A stretch of 64,000 bases of DNA from an uncultured Desulfobacter sp. (GTDB taxonomy: Bacteria; Desulfobacterota; Desulfobacteria; Desulfobacterales; Desulfobacteraceae). The translations under genes were made by a program, and so were the position numbers. The DNA is taken from positions 1,728,001 through 1,792,000 of the forward strand of contig OY762069.1 of the NCBI GenBank assembly GCA_963665095.1. Direction: 5' to 3'. The stretch's first letter is position 1. Each line of letters begins with the position of its first letter. Of the stretch, positions 10,587-20,957 are shown piece after piece. A model generated the notes under the pieces. The model was not told the DNA's origin, did not search any database, and saw only the letters and a program-made list of their open reading frames with translations.

Positions 10587-12364
10587 ATGAACCAGCATCT
10601 GATCATGATCGTGGACGACAGCACCACAAACATAGATATCCTGGCCTCCACCCTTAAAGACCAGTACCGGATCACCATTGCCAAAAGCGGGGAGACCGCC
10701 CTGAGCCGCCTTGAAAAACAGATACCGGACCTTATTCTGCTTGATGTGGTCATGCCGGGCATGGACGGGTTTGAGGTGTGCCGGCGCCTGAAAATAGATC
10801 CAGCCACCCGGCAGATCCCGGTGATCTTTATTACGGCCATGGAGGAGGCGGAGCAGAAAACAAAAGGCTTTTCCCTGGGTGCTGTGGACTATATTGTCCG
10901 TCCCTTTCACGCCGCCGAAGTGCGGGCCCGGGTAAAAACCCATCTGTCCCTGCAGGACCTGATCAAGGCCCTGGCACTTCAGAACCGGACGATCAACCAG
11001 GCGCTTAAGGAAAAAAGCCGGCAGCTGGATGCCCTGATTGCCAATCTGCCGGGCATGGTCTACCACTCCCGGTGTCATGACGGCTGGCACATGGAGTTTG
11101 TCAGTGACGGATGCAGGGAACTGACCGGCCATGCCCCGGACTATTTCCTGGATAAAACCGTAGACCACTATGCCCTCATGGCAGATCCCGCAGCCTGCGA
11201 CCAGGCACGGAAAACCAGAGAAACCGCACTGTTAAAACACGCGCCCTTTGCCATCACCTACGCCATCCGGACCGCCGCCGGCCACAGACGATGGGTGCTT
11301 GAGCAGGGCATGGGCGTTTACGACACCGAGGGGGATCTCATTGGCGCAGAAGGCGTCATCTGCGATGTCACCGAAAGGCAGCAGAAGGCGCTGGCCCTGG
11401 AAAATGAAAATCGGCATCTTAAATCAGGCATCATGCCCAGAAACCAGTTTGGAGACATTGTGGGCAGTTCCCAGGCCATGCAGCTGGTTTATGACCGGAT
11501 TATCAAGAGTGCCGCCTGTAATGATTCCGTGATTATCTATGGTCCTTCAGGTACGGGCAAAGAACTTGTGGCAAGGGCAATCCACAAAAACAGCCGCCGC
11601 AGTAACCAACCCTTTATCCCCATCAATTGCGGGGCCATCCCTGAGGCACTCATTGAAAGCGAATTTTTCGGCCATGCCAGGGGGGCATTTTCCGGTGCCA
11701 ATACCGACAAGCAAGGGGTGCTCGATATGGCCGACGGGGGCACGTTGTTCCTGGACGAATTAGGGGAGATCTCCATGGCAATGCAGGTCAAGCTTTTGCG
11801 GGTCATGGACGGCAACGGCTATATTCCTGTGGGCGGACCACCCTTAAAAAGCCGGATATCCGGTTTATCAGCGCCACCAACCGGGACCTTCAGCAGCGGG
11901 TCAGGGAGAAAAAACTGCGGGAGGACTTTTTCTTCAGGGTTCACATCATTCCCATCACCCTTCCGGCACTGAAGGAACGGAAAGAGGACATCCCTTTGCT
12001 CATCGAACATTTTTTAAATTCCTACCCCGATCATAGCGGCAGGGACGCACTGACCCCGGAGATGCTGAACACCATGCAGGCATATGCCTGGCCCGGCAAT
12101 GTCCGCCAGCTGCAAAACATGATTTACCAGTTCCTGGTTTTAGGAAAGATGGATTTTCCCGATATTTCCACCCTGTCCAGGGGGGCCGCGCCCACCCACC
12201 CCGCCGCCTGCCTGCCCCTGAAAACAGCTGTGCAGGAATTTGAAAAAGAGTATATTGCAAAAACGCTTGCCAGCAACAACGGGAAAAAAGGAAAAATCGC
12301 CGGGCTGCTGGGTATGGACCGCAAAACCCTGTTCAGAAAAATGAAACGATACGGCCTGGATTAG
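10587..12364 (+). pseudogene. Frameshifted sigma-54-dependent response regulator (REC-PAS-AAA+-Fis HTH)
   Basis: [20 protein letters not shown] and FLDE in the first frame; [13 protein letters not shown]...REDFFFRV...WPGNVRQL and HTH continue in the -1 frame from ~11837. Confidence 0.85.
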
Positions 12365-12568
12365 TCGCTTTCATAACATGTTACAAAAAATCCATCCAGA
12401 CCGGAGAAAAAAATCAAAAACCCTAACCCTTCCCAAAAGCCGGCTACAGGATGGCGGGCTGATATACGCTTGATTTAAGATGACCGGGCTGATAAAAATC
12501 AGGAAGATCAACAGCTGGCCGGGTTATTCCCAACCTTGCATAAAAGTTTTATAAAAAAGGAATCCATT

Positions 12569-13981
12569 ATGACCAGAGAATTTGAGGTGGCGATTATCGG
12601 AGCGGGTACGGCCGGACTGACTGCCCAGGAAGAGGTGGTAAAGCACACGGACAGTTACGTACTCATTGATGACGGACCTTTGGGCACCACCTGCGCCCGG
12701 GTGGGCTGTATGCCGTCCAAGGCCCTGATTGCCGTGGCCAACGACCTGCACAAATGCGATTTCTTTAATGAGTACGGCATTGACGGCGCCGAAAACCTGA
12801 CCCCGGATTATGCCCGCATCATGGCCCGGGTCCGGTCCATGCGGGACGAGTTTGCCGGCGGCGTGGTCCATGACATGGCCGGCTTCATGGACAAGGTGAT
12901 CCGCAAACGGGCCCGGTTCCTTGGCCCCAACACCCTGGATCTTGGAGATGAAACCATCCGGGCAAAAAGCATCATCATCGCCACGGGCTCAAAGCCCTGG
13001 ATCCCGGAGCATTGGCTGCCTTACAAGGATTTTATCATTGATACGGACCAGTTCTTCGAGCTTGAAACCCTGCCCCGGACCATGGCGGTGTTTGGATTAG
13101 GTGTCATCGGCATCGAATTAGGCCAGGCACTGCACCGGCTTGGGGTAAAGGTAACCGCAGTCAGCCGCCGGAAAACAGCCGGCGGCCTGACCGATCCCAT
13201 ACTTGCTGAATACGCCTTTGACCATTTTTCAAAGGAGATGCACATTGAACAGGGCACTGCAGAGATACTGGAGCGAACCGAAACCGGCCTTACCGTGGGA
13301 TGTGGCCACAAAAGCTGGCCCGTGGACCGGGTGCTCCTGGCCACGGGCAGACGGCCCATGCTCCAGGGGCTGGGCCTGGAAAATCTCGGGGTTGGCCTGG
13401 ATGCAAAGGGAATGCCGGTCTTTGATCCGGAAACCCTTCAGGTGGGCAACCTGCCTGTTTTCCTGGCAGGGGATGTGAACGGCCTGAAACCCATCCTCCA
13501 TGAAGCTGCGGATGACGGCACCATTGCAGGATATAATGCCTGTGCCGGCACCATGGCCCGGTTTAAAAAACGCACCCCGCTTCAGATCACCTTCTCATCA
13601 CCGGATATCGCCATTGCAGGCGTTTCTCACAAAGTCCTGACTGAAAAAGGTGTTGATTTCCTGGTGGGAGAAGCCTCCTGGGAGGCGCTGGGCAGGGCAA
13701 GGATGATGCTGGGCAGGGCTGCCGGAAGAGCACGAATTTATGCAGAACCCGTTGAGGGCCGGCTGCTGGGTGCAGAACTCATGGCCCCGGGAGGGGAACA
13801 TATGGCCCATCTTTTATCCTGGGCCATGGGAGCGGGCCTTACCATCAAAGAAATTCTGGGCATGCCCTTTTACCATCCCGTGCCTGAAGAGGCGCTGCTG
13901 GACGCTTTTCTTCAGATTGCGTCACAGATTTCACACCCTGTATCCGGGCCGGTGCTTGACATGACCCGGGGAAAACAGTGA
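12569..13981 (+). CDS. Dihydrolipoyl dehydrogenase-like pyridine nucleotide-disulfide oxidoreductase
   Basis: IIGAGTAG, redox disulfide TCARVGCMPSK, GLGVIGIE, C-terminal YHPVPEE; ATG at 12569 after AAGGAA. Confidence 0.88.
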   Translation: MTREFEVAIIGAGTAGLTAQEEVVKHTDSYVLIDDGPLGTTCARVGCMPSKALIAVANDLHKCDFFNEYGIDGAENLTPDYARIMARVRSMRDEFAGGVVHDMAGFMDKVIRKRARFLGPNTLDLGDETIRAKSIIIATGSKPWIPEHWLPYKDFIIDTDQFFELETLPRTMAVFGLGVIGIELGQALHRLGVKVTAVSRRKTAGGLTDPILAEYAFDHFSKEMHIEQGTAEILERTETGLTVGCGHKSWPVDRVLLATGRRPMLQGLGLENLGVGLDAKGMPVFDPETLQVGNLPVFLAGDVNGLKPILHEAADDGTIAGYNACAGTMARFKKRTPLQITFSSPDIAIAGVSHKVLTEKGVDFLVGEASWEALGRARMMLGRAAGRARIYAEPVEGRLLGAELMAPGGEHMAHLLSWAMGAGLTIKEILGMPFYHPVPEEALLDAFLQIASQISHPVSGPVLDMTRGKQ

Positions 13982-14034
13982 ATCAGCGCGCCCGGCCACA
14001 ATAACATCAGTCTGTAACCAAAGGGGCTGAACCA

Positions 14035-15141
14035 ATGGAGACAAATGAATCAAAGGGTGTGAACCAGTTTTTATCCACAACCCGGTGCCATATCAAAAAG
14101 CACGGGATTGATACCCTGGTTTTTGGGAATGAGGCGACCGATCTCGACTCCGTGGTATCAGCCATTGGCCTGGCCTGGGCGTTAACCCTTGATGCCCCGC
14201 ATTGCAGTGCGCTGCCCCTGATTCCCATTGAACGCCCTGATTTCAGACTGAAGACGGAAAGCCGCTGGGTGCTGGCCCAGGTTGGGATTGATGAGGATCG
14301 TCTCTGTTTTCTGGACGATGCCGTCAGGAGTGACAGCACTTTAGATCAATTCATGACCGGAATCAAAGAGCTGGCCCTGGTGGACCACAACCAGCTTTCT
14401 GTGAAATTTTCCACCTATAAAAACAAAGTGCGTCTCATTGTGGACCACCATGAGGACCAGGGCCTGTACCCAAAGGCCCGACGCCGGATCGCCCGGGTGG
14501 GGTCCTGTGCCACCCTGATCGGTGAAATACTGATCCACCGGAAAGACACCCCTGTGCCCGTGGACCTGGCGACACTGTTGTTGGGGGCCATACTCATTGA
14601 CACAGTGAATCTTGATCCCATGGCCGGTCGGGCCACCCCCAGGGACAGGAATGTTGCCGGTGTTCTTATCTCGCTTACCGGTATGGACAGAGACAAATAC
14701 TATCAGGGGATCTGCCGGGCAAAATCAGATATCGCAGATCTGGACACTGTCGACCTGCTGCGGAGGGATGAAAAAACGTTCCAATTCGGCAACCTTCTTT
14801 GTAGTATATCCTCGGTCCCCCTCTGTCTTGATCAATGGATAAAAAAAGACCCTAAGCTTGTTTTGAACCTTGAGACCCGGCGCAGGGCAATACAGGCAGA
14901 TATACTTATTACCATGAACACCTGTAATACACCTGAATTTTCAAGGGATATGGCCATCACAGGCAAAGATCCCGCGCTTCTTATCCCCCTTTTAAAAATG
15001 CTATCCTCAAACGGACTTGATCTGACACCCATGCACCAGACCACGCAGGAAAGCGACGGCAACACCTTATTTTTCAATCAGAAAAACCCAGCAGTTTCCA
15101 GAAAAAAACTTATCCCCATGCTGGCGCGCCACTTTTCCTGA
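14035..15141 (+). CDS. DHH/DHHA2 phosphoesterase, Prune/PPX1-like exopolyphosphatase
   Basis: GNEATDLDSVVSA, LVDHN, IVDHH, VGSCATL, ILIDT, terminal SRKK motifs. Confidence 0.8.
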   Translation: METNESKGVNQFLSTTRCHIKKHGIDTLVFGNEATDLDSVVSAIGLAWALTLDAPHCSALPLIPIERPDFRLKTESRWVLAQVGIDEDRLCFLDDAVRSDSTLDQFMTGIKELALVDHNQLSVKFSTYKNKVRLIVDHHEDQGLYPKARRRIARVGSCATLIGEILIHRKDTPVPVDLATLLLGAILIDTVNLDPMAGRATPRDRNVAGVLISLTGMDRDKYYQGICRAKSDIADLDTVDLLRRDEKTFQFGNLLCSISSVPLCLDQWIKKDPKLVLNLETRRRAIQADILITMNTCNTPEFSRDMAITGKDPALLIPLLKMLSSNGLDLTPMHQTTQESDGNTLFFNQKNPAVSRKKLIPMLARHFS

Positions 15142-15474
15142 TCCCGCATGGAAACCCGATAAGCTGCCAATCACCTCAGCAGTGCCCTGAAAAACCTCAT
15201 TTGTTCATCAACATTTTCTAACCCGTCTCTAACCCGACACCTATAGATAGAGCATTTGTACAGTTTAAATTCAGTTCATCACGTAATGACATTGTAGTTC
15301 AGGCTTCGGGTTGCAGTGCTGTATCAGCCACGCAGCAGGTATAGTGCCAGAAATTTTATCCGGCACCTGTGTAACCAGGCTGTCACAAGGTGTTAAAAAA
15401 AAGAAAATGAACTGAAATAACCGTAAAAGGGAGACACAGAGTCGTATAATTTTTAAAAAAAGGAGAAGAGTGCA

Positions 15475-18400
15475 ATGAGAACATTGCAAAAACAATTATG
15501 GTGCCTGCTTCTGATGGTCTTTCTGGCCATTATAAGCAGTTGTAATGGCAATAATGACAGCGATAACAGCTCAAATACAGAATCAAACAATCTGAGCCTG
15601 ACCATCATGCATATCAATGATACCCATTCCTATGCAGAAGGAGACTCCCTCACCCTTGACATTGATGGCACTGAGACAACTTTTGAGGCAGGCGGTTACC
15701 CGAGACTGGTCCAGAAGGTGAATGAAATCCGGGCAGAATCGTCCAATACACTGCTGCTGCACGCAGGTGATGCTGTCCAGGGCACTTTATATTTCACGGC
15801 CTATGAAGGAGAAGCAGACTACGAATTTCTCAATGAGATGGGCGTTGACGTCATGTGCGTGGGCAACCACGAATTTGACAAGGGACCGGAATACCTTGAC
15901 AAATTCATTGATTATGCTGAGTTCCCCATCATCTCGGCAAATATTGATGCTGCCGCAGATGACTACCTGGCCGGTGAACTTGAGCCCTATGTCATTAAAG
16001 AATATGACGGAGAAAAGGTGGGAATCATCGGGTTGACCACCACCACCACGGCCGGGACGTCCAGCCCCGGAGACAATGTTGTCTTTAACGATGTTGTTGA
16101 TACGGTGAATACCTACGTGGCAGAACTGGAGGGTCAGGGCGTCAACAAAATCATTCTTCTGACCCATCTGGGCTATGATGAGGATGTGGCACTTGCCGCA
16201 GAGGTTGACGGCGTAGACATCATTGTGGGAGGCCATTCACATACCCTTCTGGGTGGCGAGGAGCTGGAAAGCTTAGGATTAAGCCCCAGTGCCGCCTACC
16301 CCACGGAGGTTGAAAACTTAAGTGGAGAAAAAACCTATGTTGTGCAGGCCTATGAGCACACCCTGGTACTGGGAAAGCTGAACGTCGAATTTGACGGGGA
16401 CGGTGTTGTCACCAGCATTGACGGCACCCCCATTCTGGTGCTGGGCGAAGGCAATATTACCCAGGAGGATGAAAACGGGGATGATGTCGAATTAACCGGC
16501 GAATCCCTTGAAGCAGTTCAAAACGCCATCGCCCAAATCAGTTGTGCGGAACTGGTTGCCGAAGATATCAACGCCGCCACAGCACTTGAGCCGTACAGTG
16601 CCGGCATTGCTGAAAAAGAGGCAGAGGTGGTTGCCTCCGCCTCCTCCAACCTTTACCACACGCGGGTTCCCTTTACTGACAAGTACTCGGAAGGCGTCCC
16701 CCTGCCCTACGGCAGCTACATTGCGCCCATTGTGGCGGAAGGCATGCTCTGGAAGGCCAATGGGGTGGGGCAGGCATGTGATTTCGCCCTGATTAATGCG
16801 GGCGGCCCCAGAAAAACCATCCCCAAAGGAGATATCACCATCGCTGATGTATATGAACTCCTGCCTTTTGGGAACACCTTGTTTGCACTTGAGTTAACCG
16901 GTGCCCAGTGGAAAGCGGCACTTCAGCTCGGAGTGACAGAAGGGGCAGACGGTTCCGATACCGGGGGCTATCCCTACGTGGCCGGCTGCCGTTACATTGT
17001 GGATGCCCTGACAAATCCGGACAACCCCGAGGTGACAGCGGTTCAAACCCAGGATGACGACGGGAACTGGGTTGACATTGATGATGATGAAACCTACAGA
17101 ATTATCACCATTAACTATCTGGCAAATGGCGGTGATTACTATGATGTGCTGAAAAATTCCAGCGGATATCGCTATGACACCGGTTTTATCGATGCAGAGG
17201 TATTCCAGGAATATGCAGAACACCTTGGCACCCTGGACAGACCGGATTCCACCAATTTGATTTATACCACTGAGGCAGTGGTATTAAAGATGGTTGAAAC
17301 AACGGATGTTCACGGTTCGCTGCTGCCCTATGATTTCATTGAGGCAGAGGCAATTGTCCACTCATTGACCCAGATCAACACCTATGTGACCTCAGAAAGA
17401 GAAAAAGCGTCACAAAGCTCTCAAAGCAGTGTGATCCTCCTTGACGGCGGTGATATTCTCCAGGGCCAGCCCATTGTTAACTACTATAACTATGAAAGAG
17501 ACACCCTGGACAACCATATTATCCCGGACGTCATGAATTATATGGAATATGATGCAGGGACGGTGGGCAACCACGATATTGAACCGGGCAAAAGCGTTTA
17601 CGACGCTGTAAACACCCAGTTCAACTTCCCATGGCTTGCTGCCAACTGCGTGGACACCACTACCAATGAGCCCTATTTCGATCCCTATACCATCATAGAA
17701 AAAAACGGGATCAGGATTGCTGTCCTCGGGTTGATTACACCGGGCGTTCCCTCCTGGCTGCCTGAATCAGTCCGGGAGAACATGGCGTTTGACGACATGA
17801 TCGAATCGGCACAAACCTGGGTCTCCTATATTCAGGAGAATGAAGATCCGGATCTGATTGTGGGCCTTTTCCACTCCGGCACCGACTATACGTACAGCGG
17901 GACCGAAACCTCGGAAAAAAATGAAAACGCATCGGAACTGGTTGCCAAACAGGTTCCCGGATTTGACATCGTTTTCACAGGTCATGACCATGACAACCAT
18001 GCCTATACCGTGGAAAACACAGAAGGCAAAACCGTCTGGATTCTGGGAGCGACCAATGCAGCCAACTATCTGGCTGATGCAACAGTGGTTTTGACACCCG
18101 ATGATAACGGATCCTATACCGTGGAAGTGGACGGACTTTATAAGGATGCCACGGTGTATGATATTGATCAGGACATGTACAGCTATTTCGGTTATGCTGA
18201 AGATGCCACCAATGGGTATGTTGATGAAGCCATTGGTACCTTCACGGCATCAACCACATCAAGGGATGCCATGTTCGGGGATTCCAGCTTTAATGACCTG
18301 ATTCATGACCTGCAGTTCACAGTTGCACAGAACGTCATCGGCCAGTCCGTTGATGTCTCCTTTGCAGCCCCGCTTCAGTTTGACAAAACCATTGATGCAG

Positions 18401-19017
18401 GTACGGTGTATGTGCGTGATATGTACAAGCTGTATAAGTATGAAAACACCCTGTATGTCATGCAGCTGACCGGTGCTGAAATTGATGCGGAACTGGAGTA
18501 CTCCTATGCAAACTGGACCAACCAGATGACCAGTGCCGATGACCACCTCATCAACTTCACCTCCATTGACGAAGAGACCGGTGAATACGAACAGGCCACC
18601 CGGTACTACAACTATGACTCTGCCGCAGGAATTATATACACCGTGGATGTAAGTCAGCCGGCATATGACAGGGTAACCATACAGGGGCTGGATGCAAATC
18701 TGGATGGTGTGGTTGACGAAGGTTCCCAATGGGACGAAACCGCCACCTATAACTGTGCTGTCAACTCCTACCGGGCCGGCGGCGGCGGCGGCCACCTGAC
18801 CACCGGTGCCGGCATTGATGAAGATGCACTCACAGACCGCCAGGTGGGTGTAACTGCCAGAGACCTGCGCTATTATCTCATCGAAGAGATAAAAGACCAG
18901 GGAACCGTGACACCTGCGCCCATCGGGAACTGGGAATTTATTCCCGCAGACTGGGCCGCAGCCGGTGCGGAAAGGGATCATGAAGTCCTTTACGGCACCA
19001 GTGACGGGGATCATTAA
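15475..19017 (+). CDS. Lipoprotein with tandem 5'-nucleotidase and 2',3'-cyclic-nucleotide phosphodiesterase modules
   Basis: Lipobox AIISSC; two metallophosphoesterase sets (NDTHS/GD/GNHEFD/GGHSH and TDVHG/GD/GNHD/GHDH), each followed by a 5'-nucleotidase C-terminal domain; very acidic. Confidence 0.9.
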   Translation: MRTLQKQLWCLLLMVFLAIISSCNGNNDSDNSSNTESNNLSLTIMHINDTHSYAEGDSLTLDIDGTETTFEAGGYPRLVQKVNEIRAESSNTLLLHAGDAVQGTLYFTAYEGEADYEFLNEMGVDVMCVGNHEFDKGPEYLDKFIDYAEFPIISANIDAAADDYLAGELEPYVIKEYDGEKVGIIGLTTTTTAGTSSPGDNVVFNDVVDTVNTYVAELEGQGVNKIILLTHLGYDEDVALAAEVDGVDIIVGGHSHTLLGGEELESLGLSPSAAYPTEVENLSGEKTYVVQAYEHTLVLGKLNVEFDGDGVVTSIDGTPILVLGEGNITQEDENGDDVELTGESLEAVQNAIAQISCAELVAEDINAATALEPYSAGIAEKEAEVVASASSNLYHTRVPFTDKYSEGVPLPYGSYIAPIVAEGMLWKANGVGQACDFALINAGGPRKTIPKGDITIADVYELLPFGNTLFALELTGAQWKAALQLGVTEGADGSDTGGYPYVAGCRYIVDALTNPDNPEVTAVQTQDDDGNWVDIDDDETYRIITINYLANGGDYYDVLKNSSGYRYDTGFIDAEVFQEYAEHLGTLDRPDSTNLIYTTEAVVLKMVETTDVHGSLLPYDFIEAEAIVHSLTQINTYVTSEREKASQSSQSSVILLDGGDILQGQPIVNYYNYERDTLDNHIIPDVMNYMEYDAGTVGNHDIEPGKSVYDAVNTQFNFPWLAANCVDTTTNEPYFDPYTIIEKNGIRIAVLGLITPGVPSWLPESVRENMAFDDMIESAQTWVSYIQENEDPDLIVGLFHSGTDYTYSGTETSEKNENASELVAKQVPGFDIVFTGHDHDNHAYTVENTEGKTVWILGATNAANYLADATVVLTPDDNGSYTVEVDGLYKDATVYDIDQDMYSYFGYAEDATNGYVDEAIGTFTASTTSRDAMFGDSSFNDLIHDLQFTVAQNVIGQSVDVSFAAPLQFDKTIDAGTVYVRDMYKLYKYENTLYVMQLTGAEIDAELEYSYANWTNQMTSADDHLINFTSIDEETGEYEQATRYYNYDSAAGIIYTVDVSQPAYDRVTIQGLDANLDGVVDEGSQWDETATYNCAVNSYRAGGGGGHLTTGAGIDEDALTDRQVGVTARDLRYYLIEEIKDQGTVTPAPIGNWEFIPADWAAAGAERDHEVLYGTSDGDH

Positions 19018-19094
19018 AAACCGTTACCCGATGGGTATCATCTTAATTCCTCCTGCCTGAGGCAATGCCATGCCACAGGCAGGAAAAAAACTAA

Positions 19095-19132
19095 TGTCAA
19101 ACCAAAGCTTTTAAAAAGGCTTTGGTTTGACA
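19095..19132. repeat. Perfect 14-bp inverted repeat upstream of the CDF-SPFH operon
   Basis: TGTCAAACCAAAGC-N10-GCTTTGGTTTGACA. Confidence 0.8.
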
Positions 19133-19154
19133 GTTCGTTATCAGGCCATTTGTC

Positions 19155-20957
19155 ATGTCAGAAACCATGAAAACATCTACTGTGCTTCTATCTATTGTCA
19201 CAGCCATTACTGCAGTGAAATTTGTTTTATACTATGTATCCCACAGCAGTGCCGTACTTTCCGAAGCCTGGCACAGCTTTTCGGATTTGGCCACAACAGC
19301 GCTGGTGGTCTTTGCCATTTATCATCAGGAAAAAAAAAACAAAGCCAGGCAAACAGATTCACAGGCATCTGCCAACGGGTATGCCCCCAAAAGCAATTCC
19401 ATATCATCGCTCTATATCCGGGTCAGAAACATTAACTCGGAACTAAAAATAAGTGCTGCCATGGGCATGGCGCTGATGGCAGCTGCCAGCTCAATTTTAT
19501 GGCAGGCGGCAGGGAAAAACACCGTCCATATTTCCAATCCTCTGGTGACCGGCGCCATATTTATTGGCCTCTCCGGCATCTCCTATTTTGTATACCGGTT
19601 TGAAGCGTCCCTGGCCCAGCTTCAGAAATCAGCGGCTCTGGAAGCAGACAGCCTTCATAACCGTGCGGATATGATCATCTCCCTTTTAACCGGGATCTCT
19701 CTGATTGCCTATTACCTGGGGCACGATTTTGACCGGGTCCTCAGCATTGGTATTGCGTTGTATATATTTGCATTTGCCCTGGAGATAACGGTGAATTCCT
19801 TGTTAAGCATATTCAAAAAAGAGAGTAAGATCACCACCCGTTACAGATTTATGACCATCATATGGCGTTTTTTCAGCCCCCGGTTCTATGCAGGCTTATT
19901 TGGAAAAATCGATGCCCGGGCACAATTTTCACCGCGCGCAAAACAAATAATCAAGAATGTTTCCATACTGTTAAAAAAGCTCGCCTGCTGGGCACTTGGC
20001 ATTGCAGCCACAGGAGCGGTCCTTATGTATTGTTCCACTTTGTGCTTTACAGTCAAAGCAGACCAGCAGGCCATTTTGCTAAGATTTGGCAAAATGGTAA
20101 ATACCCATGCAACTTACGCTCCCGGGCTGCACTTCAAACTGCCCTGGCCCATAGACCAGGCCTGTTTTTTTACCACCCAAAAAATCCGCGAGATATCTGT
20201 GGGAAACCAGTCTTTTCCGGACAAACCGCTGATCTGGAATCAGGAACACGGGGACGACCGCATGTTCATTTCAGGGGATAACAACCTGTTTCTCCCCTAT
20301 GTTAAAATCCTGTACAAGCTAAAAAATCCTTTTGACTACTATATCTCTTTTAAACAGGGCGGTGCTGAAAAATTTCTGGAATATACCGCCTACCGGACAT
20401 TGATTCGCTTTTTTGCTGAAAATTCATTTTATGATATTGCCCTTTCCAGACGAAAAAGCTGGAGCGACCAGGTCAAAGCCAAAATTCAAACGGATCTGGA
20501 TGGCTATGCCACCGGACTTTTTATTGTTGACGTCTGTATTGACGACCTGCATCCGCCCCTGGAAGTGGCCGAATCCTATGAAGATGTTGTGGCGGCCTTT
20601 CAGGTCAAAGAAAAATTTAAAAACAGTGCCCAGGGGTATGCTGTTTACAAACACACCCAGGAACGCAGTAACGGATTAAAAACGGTTGTCCAGGCCGACG
20701 CCGACGTATTCCAGAAAATTCAGACCGCCCAGGGTGAAGCGGTCAATTATCTGCTGCAATTGCAAGGATACAATGCCAATCCTTCCGTTATCAGGCAGTT
20801 ACTGACCCTGGAAACAACGGCCGAAGCCCTTGCCAAAAGGCCAAAAATCTTAATTGACCCCCAAAGCGGCATCTCACAGGACCTCATATATATGGAAAAC
20901 TATCTGATCAGAAAACACCCCTTAAAACAAGATACCATCAGCAGGCAGAAACAATGA
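19155..20957 (+). CDS. Cation diffusion facilitator (CDF) membrane domain fused to SPFH/HflK-like domain
   Basis: SSAVLSEAWHSFSD and ALEADSLHNRAD (CDF TM2/TM5); later RFGK...PGLHFKLPWPID, ISGDNN, HPPLEVAESYEDV (HflK-like). Confidence 0.8.
   Translation: MSETMKTSTVLLSIVTAITAVKFVLYYVSHSSAVLSEAWHSFSDLATTALVVFAIYHQEKKNKARQTDSQASANGYAPKSNSISSLYIRVRNINSELKISAAMGMALMAAASSILWQAAGKNTVHISNPLVTGAIFIGLSGISYFVYRFEASLAQLQKSAALEADSLHNRADMIISLLTGISLIAYYLGHDFDRVLSIGIALYIFAFALEITVNSLLSIFKKESKITTRYRFMTIIWRFFSPRFYAGLFGKIDARAQFSPRAKQIIKNVSILLKKLACWALGIAATGAVLMYCSTLCFTVKADQQAILLRFGKMVNTHATYAPGLHFKLPWPIDQACFFTTQKIREISVGNQSFPDKPLIWNQEHGDDRMFISGDNNLFLPYVKILYKLKNPFDYYISFKQGGAEKFLEYTAYRTLIRFFAENSFYDIALSRRKSWSDQVKAKIQTDLDGYATGLFIVDVCIDDLHPPLEVAESYEDVVAAFQVKEKFKNSAQGYAVYKHTQERSNGLKTVVQADADVFQKIQTAQGEAVNYLLQLQGYNANPSVIRQLLTLETTAEALAKRPKILIDPQSGISQDLIYMENYLIRKHPLKQDTISRQKQ

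Noticed and set aside
11838..11852. Programmed -1 frameshift in the sigma-54 regulator
   Set aside because: No canonical X XXY YYZ heptamer in the zero frame, and the neighbouring gene is also a pseudogene
18259..19014. 251-aa antisense ORF (and similar ones at 10401-11168, 31125-31895, 61023-61790)
   Set aside because: Each lies opposite a confidently identified gene and lacks motifs
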